Origin: an uncultured Kordiimonas sp.
Lineage (GTDB): Bacteria; Pseudomonadota; Alphaproteobacteria; Sphingomonadales; Kordiimonadaceae
Direction: 5' to 3'
Assembly: GCA_947492375.1 (NCBI GenBank)
Contig: CANLMI010000002.1
Location: 185,529-249,528, forward strand
DNA length: 64,000 nt
The stretch's first letter is position 1. The number at the start of each line of letters is the position of its first letter. Below are positions 1 through 11,459 of the stretch, piece by piece. The translations under genes were made by a program, and so were the position numbers. The notes beneath the pieces were generated by a model. The model was not told the origin of the DNA. It did no database searches and saw only the letters and a program-made list of their open reading frames with translations.

Positions 1-1
1 C

Positions 2-91
2 GTTATGAGCTTATCTATTTCGCCCAAGACTTCTGAAGCGGTCAATGAAAGCAAACTATCAAGCTCTGAACACATTACGGGAACAGAATAA
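2..91 (+). CDS. 3' end of an unidentified ORF that runs off the left edge and is translationally coupled to fliN
   Basis: Frame 2 is open from position 2. Its TAA stop at 89-91 overlaps the fliN ATG at 91 (TAATG). The tail is too short and low-complexity to name. In Caulobacter the gene before fliN is flbE, but that is context only. Confidence 0.3.
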   Translation, partial: VMSLSISPKTSEAVNESKLSSSEHITGTE

Positions 92-450
92 TGGTCAATG
101 AAACAGACGATACAAACGATGTCGGCCTGCAAGAGCTGTCTGAAAATCAGGATAACGGGCCAGAGCTTGCTAAAAAGCAAGACGGACAAATCAGAACTGC
201 GCAAGAATTGGAGCCTGTTTTTGATGTTCCTGTTAAAATTCAAGCCGTTTTAGGTAAAACGAAACTTGAGGTGAACCAGTTACTAAAACTTGCTCCCGGC
301 GCTGTTATTGAACTTGACCGTAAAGTTGGCGAAGCGATCGATATATACGTCAATAACCGATTAGTTGCCCGGGGCGAAGTCGTGCTTGTGGAAGAGCACC
401 TTGGTGTCACTATGACGGAAATCATTAAAATTGACGGCGGGGCAACATAG
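91..450 (+). CDS. fliN: Flagellar motor switch protein FliN
   Basis: The C-terminal SpoA/FliN domain reads VPVKIQAVLGKTKLEVNQLLKLAPGAVIELDRKVGEAIDIYVNNRLVARGEVV. The size (119 aa) and flagellar context fit. Confidence 0.9.
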   Translation: MVNETDDTNDVGLQELSENQDNGPELAKKQDGQIRTAQELEPVFDVPVKIQAVLGKTKLEVNQLLKLAPGAVIELDRKVGEAIDIYVNNRLVARGEVVLVEEHLGVTMTEIIKIDGGAT

Positions 451-505
451 GAAGGTATATGACCACATTCATCATATATAGAACATGTAGAGGGGATGGA
501 AACTT

Positions 506-1270
506 ATGAGCACACTTATCGGTATGCTTGTGGCGTTTTTGATTGTTATTGTCTCTATCGCCTATGGGGGGCCTTTAACTGCTTTCTTGAACCCTCCTGG
601 TCTATTAATTGTCGTACTAGGAACACTTGCGGTTACTCTTATCAGTTTTCCGGTTATCGAGATTATTTCAGTGCCCAAAAATATCTGGGACCTATTACGC
701 CATGGTCAACGCGATCCAAGCACAGAAGCTGTTCGTATTTTAAAGTTGGCTGTTGACGCCAGAAAAAGCAACGATATCCACGAGTTAGAGCGTGGCCTTT
801 CGCGCTATAAGGACACACCATTTCTTGTGCAAGGGCTCAAGCTAGTTGTCGACGGTACATCGCCTGAAGAAATAGAAGCTATTCTAAGACGTGAATCAAG
901 TACGGTTGCAGCCAAACATATGCGTGCTGTTGATTTCCTCAGACGCGCAGGTGATGTTGCGCCAGCGATGGGGTTGATCGGCACCTTAATTGGATTAGTA
1001 CGGTTATTGGGCAACCTTGACGATCCATCTCAAATAGGTCCTGCGATGGCAGTTGCGCTTTTGACAACATTTTACGGCGCTATCCTAGCCCACCTTGTAT
1101 TTATACCTCTCGCAACCAAGACTGAAAACAGTACGTCTGAAGAAGTTTTAATAAACAATCTATATTCGATGGGGGCAACATCAATTCGCCGGCAGGAAAA
1201 TCCACGTCGGCTTGAAATGCTCCTAAATACAGTTTTACCGCCTGCCAAACGCGTTACATATTTTAAATAG
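506..1270 (+). CDS. motA: Flagellar stator protein of the MotA/PomA family
   Basis: 254 aa with 4 TM segments. The MotA/TolQ/ExbB channel motif is PAMGLIGTLIGLV...GPAMAVALLTTFYGAILAHLVFIPLA. It sits in a flagellar locus with no adjacent motB. Confidence 0.8.
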   Translation: MSTLIGMLVAFLIVIVSIAYGGPLTAFLNPPGLLIVVLGTLAVTLISFPVIEIISVPKNIWDLLRHGQRDPSTEAVRILKLAVDARKSNDIHELERGLSRYKDTPFLVQGLKLVVDGTSPEEIEAILRRESSTVAAKHMRAVDFLRRAGDVAPAMGLIGTLIGLVRLLGNLDDPSQIGPAMAVALLTTFYGAILAHLVFIPLATKTENSTSEEVLINNLYSMGATSIRRQENPRRLEMLLNTVLPPAKRVTYFK

Positions 1271-1324
1271 ACAAATTATATCGGCAGCAAAATAAAAGCG
1301 CCATTATAAAAACGGAGACAAAAA

Positions 1325-2734
<1,410 letters not shown>

Positions 2735-2799
2735 ATTAATCAACCATTCCAAATCATGCGCAAGTATATTAAGATAAAGCGAGTGCATTAGGACAAAAA

Positions 2800-4923
2800 A
2801 TGAGCGATACAGCACCAGGAGGCCCTGGAGGCAACGAAGGTGGTGGTGGAATAGACTTTTCATCATTCCTTAATGGCCTCAAAAACAGCGACGTTGCTTT
2901 TGCCATTGGCATGATGGCAATCCTATTGATGCTTATCGTTCCAATGCCAAGCTGGCTCTTGGATGTGATGCTGGCAACATCAATGACTTTTTCTGTCATG
3001 GTCTTAATGACCAGTCTTTTCATTCAAAAACCTTTACAATTTAGCAGTTTCCCGACCGTCTTATTGATAGCAACCATGCTTCGGCTATCGCTAAACCTAG
3101 CATCCACCCGTTTAATCTTAAGTCAGGGTCATACGGGCACAGACGCAGCAGGGCAAGTAATCGAATCCTTCGGGCAGTTCCTGATGGGCGGGTCTGCAAT
3201 TATCGGTATTATCGTTTTTGCCATTCTGGTTATCGTCAATTTTATCGTTATCACGAAAGGCTCTGGCCGGATCGCAGAAGTTGCCGCCCGTTTCTCACTT
3301 GATGCGATGCCCGGCAAACAAATGGCGATTGATGCTGATATGTCAGCCGGTTTGATCAACGAAGATGAAGCAAGGTCAAGGCGTAAGGAACTAGAAGAAG
3401 AAAGCAGCTTTTTCGGTTCAATGGATGGTGCTTCTAAATTCGTACGTGGTGATGCAATCGCTGGCTTACTGATCACCTTCATTAACATTATCGGCGGTAT
3501 TCTAATTGGTATTATCGTTCAGGATATGTCTTTCGCCGATGCTGCTGGTCGTTATACTGTTTTGACAGTAGGTGATGGTTTGATCACTCAAATCCCGGCC
3601 TTGATTGTCTCAACTGCGGCAGGCCTATTGGTTACCAAAGCAGGCGTCACCGGCCAGACTGACAAGGCACTTTTTGGCCAAATGACCAAAAGCCCACGTG
3701 CCTTAGGGGTTACCAGCGCCCTACTCTTCTTGATGGCATTATCAGGTTTACCACCGCTACCTTTTATAGGGTTAGGCGGGGTATTAGCTTATACAGCTTA
3801 CGCTCTCAGCCGAGCCAATCAGGAACGTGAAGCCAAAGAAGTCGAAACCAAAATGCTTGAACAGGAGAAAGTTGCTGCAAAACCTGCGGAGGAGCCGATT
3901 ACAGCCGCACTTGCCCTTGACCAGCTAAGACTAGAGCTGGGATACGGCCTTTTAACATTAATCAATGATGATAGCGGTTTTAAACTGACCGACCAGATTA
4001 AGGCTCTCCGCCGCCAATTGGCGAGCGAGATGGGTTTTGTTATGCCATCCGTTCGTATTCTTGATAACATGCAGTTACCCGCAAATAATTATGTTCTACG
4101 CGTAAAAGAGACCAACGTTGGCAAAGGCGATATCAGGCCAGGCATGCTCCTTGTGATGGACCCACAAGGGCAACCCGTTCAAATCCCTGGTGAAGCAACA
4201 ACAGAACCTGCTTTTGGTCTTCCAGCGACATGGGTGGATCAATCAGCAAAAGAAGAAGCATCCTTCAGAGGCTATACAGTTGTTGATGCAGCTACCGTTA
4301 TCACAACCCACCTTACAGAGGTTATTAAGGATAATATGGCAGACCTGCTATCATATGCAGAAACACAAAAACTTCTAGATGACCTGCCAAGCGAGCATCA
4401 AAAACTACTCACTGATATTGTGCCAACACAAATTACAACATCAGGCATCCAGCGTGTATTGCAAACTTTATTGGTGGAACGTGTTTCAATCCGTGACCTG
4501 CCAACAATTTTAGAAGGTATTGCAGAAGCTACAGGCTTTACTCAAAATGTTATCATGATAACCGAACATGTTCGCACACGCCTTGCAAGGCAGTTATGTT
4601 CAGCAAATTCAACGCCTGATGGATTTGTTGCCTTGGTGACATTGTCCCCGGAATGGGAGCAGGCATTTGCAGAAAGTTTAATTGGGCAAGGTGAAGAAAA
4701 ACAATTGGCCATGGCACCGACGCGCCTTCAGGAATTTATCAATTCAGTACGTATTATATATGACCAACAGGCGGAACGCGGGGAATCACCTGTAATGTTA
4801 ACAAGCCCAACTGTCAGGCCTTATGTGCGTTCAATTATCGAAAGATTCAGGCCTGCCACCGTCATCATGAGCCAAAATGAAATTCATCCACAGGCAAAAA
4901 TACGAACTCTTGGGCAAATTTAA
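2800..4923 (+). CDS. flhA: Flagellar type III export gate protein FlhA
   Basis: 707 aa with the FHIPEP signature region GSGRIAEVAARFSLDAMPGKQMAIDAD. It has an N-terminal polytopic membrane domain and a large cytoplasmic C-domain. Confidence 0.95.
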   Translation: MSDTAPGGPGGNEGGGGIDFSSFLNGLKNSDVAFAIGMMAILLMLIVPMPSWLLDVMLATSMTFSVMVLMTSLFIQKPLQFSSFPTVLLIATMLRLSLNLASTRLILSQGHTGTDAAGQVIESFGQFLMGGSAIIGIIVFAILVIVNFIVITKGSGRIAEVAARFSLDAMPGKQMAIDADMSAGLINEDEARSRRKELEEESSFFGSMDGASKFVRGDAIAGLLITFINIIGGILIGIIVQDMSFADAAGRYTVLTVGDGLITQIPALIVSTAAGLLVTKAGVTGQTDKALFGQMTKSPRALGVTSALLFLMALSGLPPLPFIGLGGVLAYTAYALSRANQEREAKEVETKMLEQEKVAAKPAEEPITAALALDQLRLELGYGLLTLINDDSGFKLTDQIKALRRQLASEMGFVMPSVRILDNMQLPANNYVLRVKETNVGKGDIRPGMLLVMDPQGQPVQIPGEATTEPAFGLPATWVDQSAKEEASFRGYTVVDAATVITTHLTEVIKDNMADLLSYAETQKLLDDLPSEHQKLLTDIVPTQITTSGIQRVLQTLLVERVSIRDLPTILEGIAEATGFTQNVIMITEHVRTRLARQLCSANSTPDGFVALVTLSPEWEQAFAESLIGQGEEKQLAMAPTRLQEFINSVRIIYDQQAERGESPVMLTSPTVRPYVRSIIERFRPATVIMSQNEIHPQAKIRTLGQI

Positions 4924-5010
4924 CTTTGACCAAAGGGAGTTTTTTCTTGATGCAAGCCAGCTTATCGCGTCATAAGAATATGAATTAGCTAAGGGAATAT
5001 TTGTTTAGTC

Positions 5011-6063
5011 ATGCGATTAAAAACCTTTCATGCCAAATCCATGAATGAGGCAATGGATCAAGTCCGTGACACACTAGGGCCTGATGCAATAATCATCTCA
5101 ATTGATGAAGGCAAATCCAGTGTCAGAATAACAGCAGCGCTTGAGGCTGAAGCAACGCCGACCCCTCCTACAGATGCACCACAGCCAAGGCAAACACCCC
5201 TTGCTTATGAGGTCTCACATACAACCGGAAGATCAAGAGAATTTGATAAAGGTGATGTTGCTGCTGTCATTTCTCATCATGGTATACCTTTTGATACTGC
5301 CAGCCATTTTGAAGAAGCAATCCATGCATCAGACAGCGCCAGTAGCTTAAATGAAGCTTTCTCTTTAGCGCTAGACACAAATATCAGAATAAGCCCGATC
5401 ACTGATGCTGTCTCTCGCCCCATCATGCTTGTTGGACCGCCCGGCGCCGGGAAAACCATTTGCGCAGCAAAGTTAACGGCTGATGCATTGCTAAATGAAC
5501 GTGAGGTAACGCTGGTTTCTACTGATACAGTAAAAGCAGGTGGCATAGCGCAGCTAGATCATTTTGCCCAACTCATGAAACAAACCGTTTTAACAGCAGA
5601 TACACCAGAAGAATTGTCAGCCGTTCTACAAAAAAAACGCCACTCTGTGACATTAATCGATAGCCCTGGCACTAATCCTTTTGATATGGACGAATTAAAA
5701 TCACTTCTAAAATTTATCCGTTGTATTGATGCCGAACCCGTTCTTGTTTTACCAGCAGGACTGGTTGCAGAGGACGCCCAGGAAATTGCCGATATATTTG
5801 CAAAGATGGGATGCCAGCGTTTTATAGCAACACGCCTTGATGCAGCGCGGCGATACGCTAGCGTCATCATGGCAGCCAGGCCGGGTTTTCTCTCGCTTGC
5901 GGCTTACAGCCGAAGCCCTTTTATCGCTGACGGCCTTGAAAGCGCTAGCTCAATGAAAATTGCAAAGCTGCTTACCGCATTGCCTAAACGCAAACCTGAT
6001 GCTCTCAACATCAACACAAATATCAACGATACAACTTCTTCCCAAATGGACAACACACCATGA
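5011..6063 (+). CDS. flhF: Flagellar biosynthesis SRP-type GTPase FlhF
   Basis: G1 motif LVGPPGAGKT and G3-like motif LIDSPG. It follows flhA, and its stop overlaps the next gene's start (ATGA). Confidence 0.85.
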   Translation: MRLKTFHAKSMNEAMDQVRDTLGPDAIIISIDEGKSSVRITAALEAEATPTPPTDAPQPRQTPLAYEVSHTTGRSREFDKGDVAAVISHHGIPFDTASHFEEAIHASDSASSLNEAFSLALDTNIRISPITDAVSRPIMLVGPPGAGKTICAAKLTADALLNEREVTLVSTDTVKAGGIAQLDHFAQLMKQTVLTADTPEELSAVLQKKRHSVTLIDSPGTNPFDMDELKSLLKFIRCIDAEPVLVLPAGLVAEDAQEIADIFAKMGCQRFIATRLDAARRYASVIMAARPGFLSLAAYSRSPFIADGLESASSMKIAKLLTALPKRKPDALNINTNINDTTSSQMDNTP

Positions 6064-6824
6064 CTATTGAACATTCCAACGAAGAGAAATTGATTACAAT
6101 AGCCTCAGGCAAAGGTGGTGTGGGAAAAACATGGTTTTCAGTTACGCTTACCCATGCGCTCTCACAACTGGGGAACAAAGCCGTTTTATTTGATGGTGAT
6201 TTAGGGCTGGCAAATGTAGATATCCAGCTCGGGCAAATGCCTGAACGCGATTTAGGGGATGTCATTTCAGGGAACGCAACCATCCATCAAATTATTGATC
6301 ATTTTGCTGATAAAGGAGGCATCGGTTTTGATTATGCCCCCGGCAAGTCAGGCTCTGGTGCCCTGGGCTCGCTTTCACGTGACATCTTGCGCAAGCTTAG
6401 GTCTGACCTAATTGGATTAGCTAATAATTATGATCATGTCCTACTCGATATGGCGGCTGGTGTAGACCCTGCCGTTACAACGCTCTCGAACCATAAAGGC
6501 AAATTACTTGTTGTTATGACTGCCGACCCAACATCGCTTACCGATGCGTATGCATTCATTAAAATTACCATTATGAAAAACCCTGACGCCAATATCTCTA
6601 TCGTTGTTAATAGTGCCAAGACAAAACGTGAGGGCGAACGCACCTACGAAGCAATAAAACGTGCCTGCGAAGGATTTTTGAAGATTTCTCCGCCGCTTCA
6701 GGGTATCATTCGCTCTGATGACAAGGTTGTTGATGCCATTCGTTCCCAGGTTCCATTACTTTCCAGGCACCCTCAATCTAACGCTGCGGCGGATGTAAAG
6801 GCTATTGCTGCCTCTTTAATATAG
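6060..6824 (+). CDS. flhG: MinD/ParA-family flagellar number regulator FlhG/FleN
   Basis: It has the deviant Walker A ASGKGGVGKT, is 254 aa, and lies immediately downstream of and overlapping flhF. Confidence 0.8.
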   Translation: MTIEHSNEEKLITIASGKGGVGKTWFSVTLTHALSQLGNKAVLFDGDLGLANVDIQLGQMPERDLGDVISGNATIHQIIDHFADKGGIGFDYAPGKSGSGALGSLSRDILRKLRSDLIGLANNYDHVLLDMAAGVDPAVTTLSNHKGKLLVVMTADPTSLTDAYAFIKITIMKNPDANISIVVNSAKTKREGERTYEAIKRACEGFLKISPPLQGIIRSDDKVVDAIRSQVPLLSRHPQSNAAADVKAIAASLI

Positions 6825-6904
6825 TTAGATCCCCCAATAACCCGCTAGGATCTTCCAGTAGGCCGCATGCAACATAATTAATTGAGCAAAGTGCGGTTAT
6901 TTGA

Positions 6905-9900
6905 ATGAGCGATATTACAACACCGTCCAGTAACAACACCCCTTCAGGCACACGAGTAACTGACGGCACAGCCTCTGTAACAAAAGACCCGCAGCATAAT
7001 GCCCAACAAAACCGGGAAAATATACCATCCGGTAATAATCAAACATCTTCTGAAGCAGCTAACGTCAGAGACCCCGCTGTAACAATTGCCGCCACAACCG
7101 CCGGTATAAATGTTGGGGATAATGTCGAACAGTCCATTAACAGAATTGATGTCGAGGGGCGGCCAATCATTGTTACTGACTTTGCTACCTTTGCCCTACG
7201 GCCAGATGCAGATTTAAAGGTTGGTGACAATGTCAATCTCGAGGTTACAGAGGCAAATCGGCAAATATTTGCTAACTTACGCGAACAAAATAACCAACAG
7301 ATCGACCCGCCAATACGCCTGGAACTGGTGATTATTGCCCTGAATACCAGAGGCGACGAACAACGCGCGCCCTTACCACCCTTAAATCAACCTACAAACG
7401 TTGATAACATACCAATAAGTATATCATCGCCAGAGGTAACAATCTCAGAAACCATAACACCAGAGATAGCGACACAATTAGAGGCCCAGTCCCAAACACC
7501 AGAACAAACTGGGGAACAAAGATTACAGGTAGTCGGTACTACAGATAACCGACAACCTATCATTGCCACCGATTTTGCGACTTATGCTGTTTCAACATCC
7601 CTCAGTCTAAACCCAAATGATGATTTAACGATAAATATTATTAGTCCTTCGGCCCCCAATGGAGATATTACAGCAGAAATCAGAGCCGTTAATTCGATCA
7701 TACTTACAGAACCTGTATCAGCGATACTCTCTCAAATCCCACCAATCAGCAATTCGCCTATAATACCACAGAATGAAACCGAAGCTTTAGCTCTGGCAAA
7801 TCGTCAATCCGAACTTGTTGCCAAAAATGTTCAAGTTGCCCAAAATGTTCAAATAGCCAGCACATCATTATCAAATACATTAAGTGACGAACTTGCAACA
7901 ACCACTGATAACAAACCACAAGCGCCTCAAACACAGCCCTCAACACTTCTAGCTATTCGCCTTAATGAAACCGATAGAACGCTACCAGCACAAAACTCTT
8001 CTGCTGCTGTATCCACCGCGCAAGAAGAAAGGCCACCAGAAACATTAAATGCGAGCAATCCAGCGCCTGAAAGCCGAATATCACTCACGGGTAGCGAGCG
8101 CCCTAGTTCCAGCTCGGCTGCAAATACACAAGGGTCGCAAGATACAAGCCGAATAAGCGAAAATACAAATATTTCATTTCAGGTGCAAACACCACAAAAT
8201 GAGCGTATTGAGCAGAATAGCGTTGAAAATAATGAGAATAGAGAAGGTTTAAACTCTCCACAAACTCAATCAAGATCAACACCCTCAAAGGAAGTACGAG
8301 GCCCAATTATTGCTGACAACAGGCAATCCCCAACAAGCATTCAGCGCGGTACGGCAACTCCAGCAACAGATACCAGCCAGCCCGCATCAGTTTCTTCCGA
8401 AGTCAATAACAATGTCACGCCGCCACGTTTAACGCAGGATAACATAAGCACTGTTCCTACTTCTGGACCATTACCAACTTCATCACAGCCTAGCAGCGTC
8501 ACTCAAAATACTGTGCGTCCCCCTGATGAAAACAACATTAATGCGAACGTTACCGACACAACTATAATTGTTTCCCCAAATTTAGATATATCAAATGAAT
8601 ACCTCTCAGGCCAACCAATAAGAGGTATTGAAATTGATAGTAATCAACCCCCAGTTCTATCACCCAATACCATTGCAAATTCGCCTGTGCCAACCAGTCA
8701 GCCCGCTTCAGACCCAATTATTAACACAACAGAAGTTTCCAACACTTCGTTATCGATTAATAATAATATTTTCAGTGCCTATACTCTTTCGGGAGAGCCT
8801 ATCACCTTCGAGGTATTAGACCTTGCCACCAGTACAGTTAACCCAGCGAACATAGTCCAGATAAATGGTTTTACCCCGCTTCTGATTGAGGAAACAAGAA
8901 GCCTGTCACTTCCTATCACAGCATTTGCTGATCTATCCACCGAACTTGCAAAACTGGATACAAGCCGTGGCCCTTTCATATTACCCAGTAATATTGCACA
9001 AAACCTGCTTGGGGAAACCGTGGCAATATCAGGTCTGCCGACTGAAGCTTTAGCCCGTTTGCCAATTCAAGAAACGACACAAAGTATCATTCCTCAATCG
9101 CATAATCGACCTGCGACAAAGGCCACCCTAAACAATGCAAGCCAACTGGCTACCAACAATAGTATTACACCGCCCTCGCCTGATCTGGTTTCCCCGCAAA
9201 CCCCACCAACTGTTGGCACACCAATCATCAGTGAGACGCCTGCTAATCTGCCAATTTTAACCGGCTTAGGCGGCTTTTTACAAAACCTTGAAACACTATC
9301 AGCTATCATAACTCCAAATCCTGAAATTGCAGGCACGCCTATAGCAAACAATATATCCAACCAAAATGTATCAATAGCCGTAATCCCGCAAAAAACCATC
9401 GAAGCCACAGCTCTTCAATCTGCCTCATCCAGCGAAAACCCTTTAAAGTCAGACTTTGCGATCGAACGCGGTTCTTTGTCACAAATTGCTCAATTAGCCG
9501 ACACAGCAGAGCCAAATGCAAACACTGTATCAAATGATGCATCAACGCAGCCCCAACTACCACTTGGCCCTACGCGAATTGAAAGCATTGAAATATCTGC
9601 ACCAAGCTCAAGTGCCGTTGCATCGACAAATTCCATCGCGCTGTCAACTGCAAGCGGGCTAATTACATTCGATGCACCACCTCAATTCTTACCAAAGGCA
9701 GGCGATATCGCTATCATCCTACCTCCTATCGGCGATGACAATATTGCAACCCTCATTGGACAGTCGTTAGGAAATTTTGCACGAGCAATTCCAAACACAC
9801 CCGCTCCTGTATCAAGCCTAGACCCTATAGCCCTGAACGCCTGGCCAGCGCTGGCGGAAAGTGTATCGATACTAAATCGTCAACAGAACTCTGAAGCTGG

Positions 9901-10510
9901 TGCCCTAACATCTAAAAGTGCACAAGGTGGGCGTACATTAACAAATGGGCTTTTGTTTCTTTTAAATGCTGCACGCCTTGGCAACCCAAGCGCCTGGATA
10001 GGAACGAGAACCGAACAAACACTGGAGAACGACAATATACGCCTGCTTGAAACGCTCAAGCGTGATATTTCCTCTCTGATCAATATTGCCAACGACCCGG
10101 TTGGCGATTGGCGCCCAATATCGATACCCTTTGATATTCGAGGTAACGATATTCCCTTCATTACGATGCTCCTCCGAAATGAACCCGAGCAACAAAAGCA
10201 ATCAGGAGATGACACCCCAGATGACAATAACCATGAACGATTTATCATCGAGGTGAATTTTGCCAATATCGGCAATGTACAATTAGACGGTTACATTAAA
10301 GGTCAAAAATTTGACCTCACGTTAAGAAGCAACACAACCTTGCCAAATGGATTAACGACAGAGTTAAAGCATCTATTTAAAACAGCGGCAGACGCCAATA
10401 ATTTTCAAGGGTCACTCTTTATAGAGCAAGAAACATCGTTCCCCGTAAATGTACAAGAAGCCTTGTCAAAAAACGTAAACCGTTCCCAAAACCTATCTCA
10501 TTCTTCTTGA
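6905..10510 (+). CDS. Giant P/T/S/N/Q-rich flagellar-locus protein with a FliK-like (hook-length control) C-terminal region
   Basis: The ORF is 1201 aa and mostly low complexity. The C-terminal segment HERFIIEVNFANIGNVQLDGYIKGQKFDLTLRS...LTTELKHLFKTAADANNFQGSLFIEQ follows the Flg_hook pattern (L.L.P..LG.V.V.......V.F......L......L...L...G). The coding call is safe; the functional call is tentative. Confidence 0.5.
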   Translation: MSDITTPSSNNTPSGTRVTDGTASVTKDPQHNAQQNRENIPSGNNQTSSEAANVRDPAVTIAATTAGINVGDNVEQSINRIDVEGRPIIVTDFATFALRPDADLKVGDNVNLEVTEANRQIFANLREQNNQQIDPPIRLELVIIALNTRGDEQRAPLPPLNQPTNVDNIPISISSPEVTISETITPEIATQLEAQSQTPEQTGEQRLQVVGTTDNRQPIIATDFATYAVSTSLSLNPNDDLTINIISPSAPNGDITAEIRAVNSIILTEPVSAILSQIPPISNSPIIPQNETEALALANRQSELVAKNVQVAQNVQIASTSLSNTLSDELATTTDNKPQAPQTQPSTLLAIRLNETDRTLPAQNSSAAVSTAQEERPPETLNASNPAPESRISLTGSERPSSSSAANTQGSQDTSRISENTNISFQVQTPQNERIEQNSVENNENREGLNSPQTQSRSTPSKEVRGPIIADNRQSPTSIQRGTATPATDTSQPASVSSEVNNNVTPPRLTQDNISTVPTSGPLPTSSQPSSVTQNTVRPPDENNINANVTDTTIIVSPNLDISNEYLSGQPIRGIEIDSNQPPVLSPNTIANSPVPTSQPASDPIINTTEVSNTSLSINNNIFSAYTLSGEPITFEVLDLATSTVNPANIVQINGFTPLLIEETRSLSLPITAFADLSTELAKLDTSRGPFILPSNIAQNLLGETVAISGLPTEALARLPIQETTQSIIPQSHNRPATKATLNNASQLATNNSITPPSPDLVSPQTPPTVGTPIISETPANLPILTGLGGFLQNLETLSAIITPNPEIAGTPIANNISNQNVSIAVIPQKTIEATALQSASSSENPLKSDFAIERGSLSQIAQLADTAEPNANTVSNDASTQPQLPLGPTRIESIEISAPSSSAVASTNSIALSTASGLITFDAPPQFLPKAGDIAIILPPIGDDNIATLIGQSLGNFARAIPNTPAPVSSLDPIALNAWPALAESVSILNRQQNSEAGALTSKSAQGGRTLTNGLLFLLNAARLGNPSAWIGTRTEQTLENDNIRLLETLKRDISSLINIANDPVGDWRPISIPFDIRGNDIPFITMLLRNEPEQQKQSGDDTPDDNNHERFIIEVNFANIGNVQLDGYIKGQKFDLTLRSNTTLPNGLTTELKHLFKTAADANNFQGSLFIEQETSFPVNVQEALSKNVNRSQNLSHSS
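7151..7279 (+). repeat. Internal protein repeat, copy 1, in the FliK-like ORF (VEGRPIIVTDFATFALRPDADLKVGDNVNLEV...)
   Basis: It shares the motif [RQ]PII[VA]TDFAT[FY]A...L...D[DN]L.[IV] with copy 2. Confidence 0.5.
7544..7690 (+). repeat. Internal protein repeat, copy 2, in the FliK-like ORF (DNRQPIIATDFATYAVSTSLSLNPNDDLTINI...)
   Basis: It shares the same motif as copy 1 and lies about 130 aa downstream of it. Confidence 0.5.
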
Positions 10511-10573
10511 CCCTTTATCAAATACTGATATGTCAATGTCTCTCTCTGTTCTCCATAAAAAAGGTATTCGGGT

Positions 10574-11458
10574 ATGGCTGTGATCGCAACGTTTGTTTTG
10601 TGCGTCCTCATATGGGGGTCAACCTGGTATGGGATCGAGTTACAGCTGGGTATTGTACCGAAGGAATGGTCGCTCGCTTATAGATTTGGTCTAGCTGCGT
10701 TTGTATTGATGCTTTGGTGTAAAATCAGAAATCTAGATCTCAACTTTTCTGGTAGACAACATAAATTGGCTGCCGGCGTTGGGTTGTTTTTATTCTCAAG
10801 CAATTATTTCCTCGTATATTCTGGCACTGAATATCTTACATCTGGCTTGGTTGCTGTCGCCTTTTCCTTACTTTCTTTCTTCAATATTTTTACAGGGCGC
10901 ATATTTCTAAAAACAGCTATCCAACCAGCCGTTATTATCGCTGCAACGATGGGGATAATCGGTCTTATTCTGATTTTCTGGCCAGAAATGGAAAGCTTGT
11001 CTCTAAAAGACACAACTACCATTGGCCTCGCATTCTGTGTCGGGGCTACGTTATTTGCCTCACTTGGAAATACGATCGCAGGCTCGGATAGTGCCCGTTC
11101 AATATCAATACTGCCGTTTAACGCTTGGGGCCTAACCTATGGAACAGGCTTTAATGTTATCTTTGCTCTGATAAGCGGCGAAAGCCCCGCCCTTGATCCA
11201 CGGCCAAGCTATTGGGTATCACTCATTTATCTATCCGTATTTGGAACGGTTATCGCCTTCACCTTATATCTATGGCTTATCGAAAAGATGGGAATGGCAA
11301 GAGCTGGTTACATAGCCGTAATGACCCCAATTGTTGCACTTGCCATATCTACCTTCCTGGAGGGGTTTATCTGGACAGTTCCAGCGGCACTCGGCCTTGG
11401 TCTTGTCATCCTTGGAAACGTTGTGATGGTCAATATGAAAAAACCAAAACCATCTTAG
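10574..11458 (+). CDS. EamA/DMT-family transporter
   Basis: About 10 TM segments arranged as two EamA-like halves, 294 aa, with a typical DMT hydrophobic profile. Confidence 0.8.
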   Translation: MAVIATFVLCVLIWGSTWYGIELQLGIVPKEWSLAYRFGLAAFVLMLWCKIRNLDLNFSGRQHKLAAGVGLFLFSSNYFLVYSGTEYLTSGLVAVAFSLLSFFNIFTGRIFLKTAIQPAVIIAATMGIIGLILIFWPEMESLSLKDTTTIGLAFCVGATLFASLGNTIAGSDSARSISILPFNAWGLTYGTGFNVIFALISGESPALDPRPSYWVSLIYLSVFGTVIAFTLYLWLIEKMGMARAGYIAVMTPIVALAISTFLEGFIWTVPAALGLGLVILGNVVMVNMKKPKPS

Positions 11459-11459
11459 C

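Noticed and set aside
7820-7855. An 18-bp imperfect tandem duplication (GCCAAAAATGTTCAAGTT / GCCCAAAATGTTCAAATA) in the FliK-like gene
   Set aside because: There are only two copies with three mismatches, encoding AKNVQV/AQNVQI within low-complexity sequence. It is not a microsatellite or a CRISPR-like feature.
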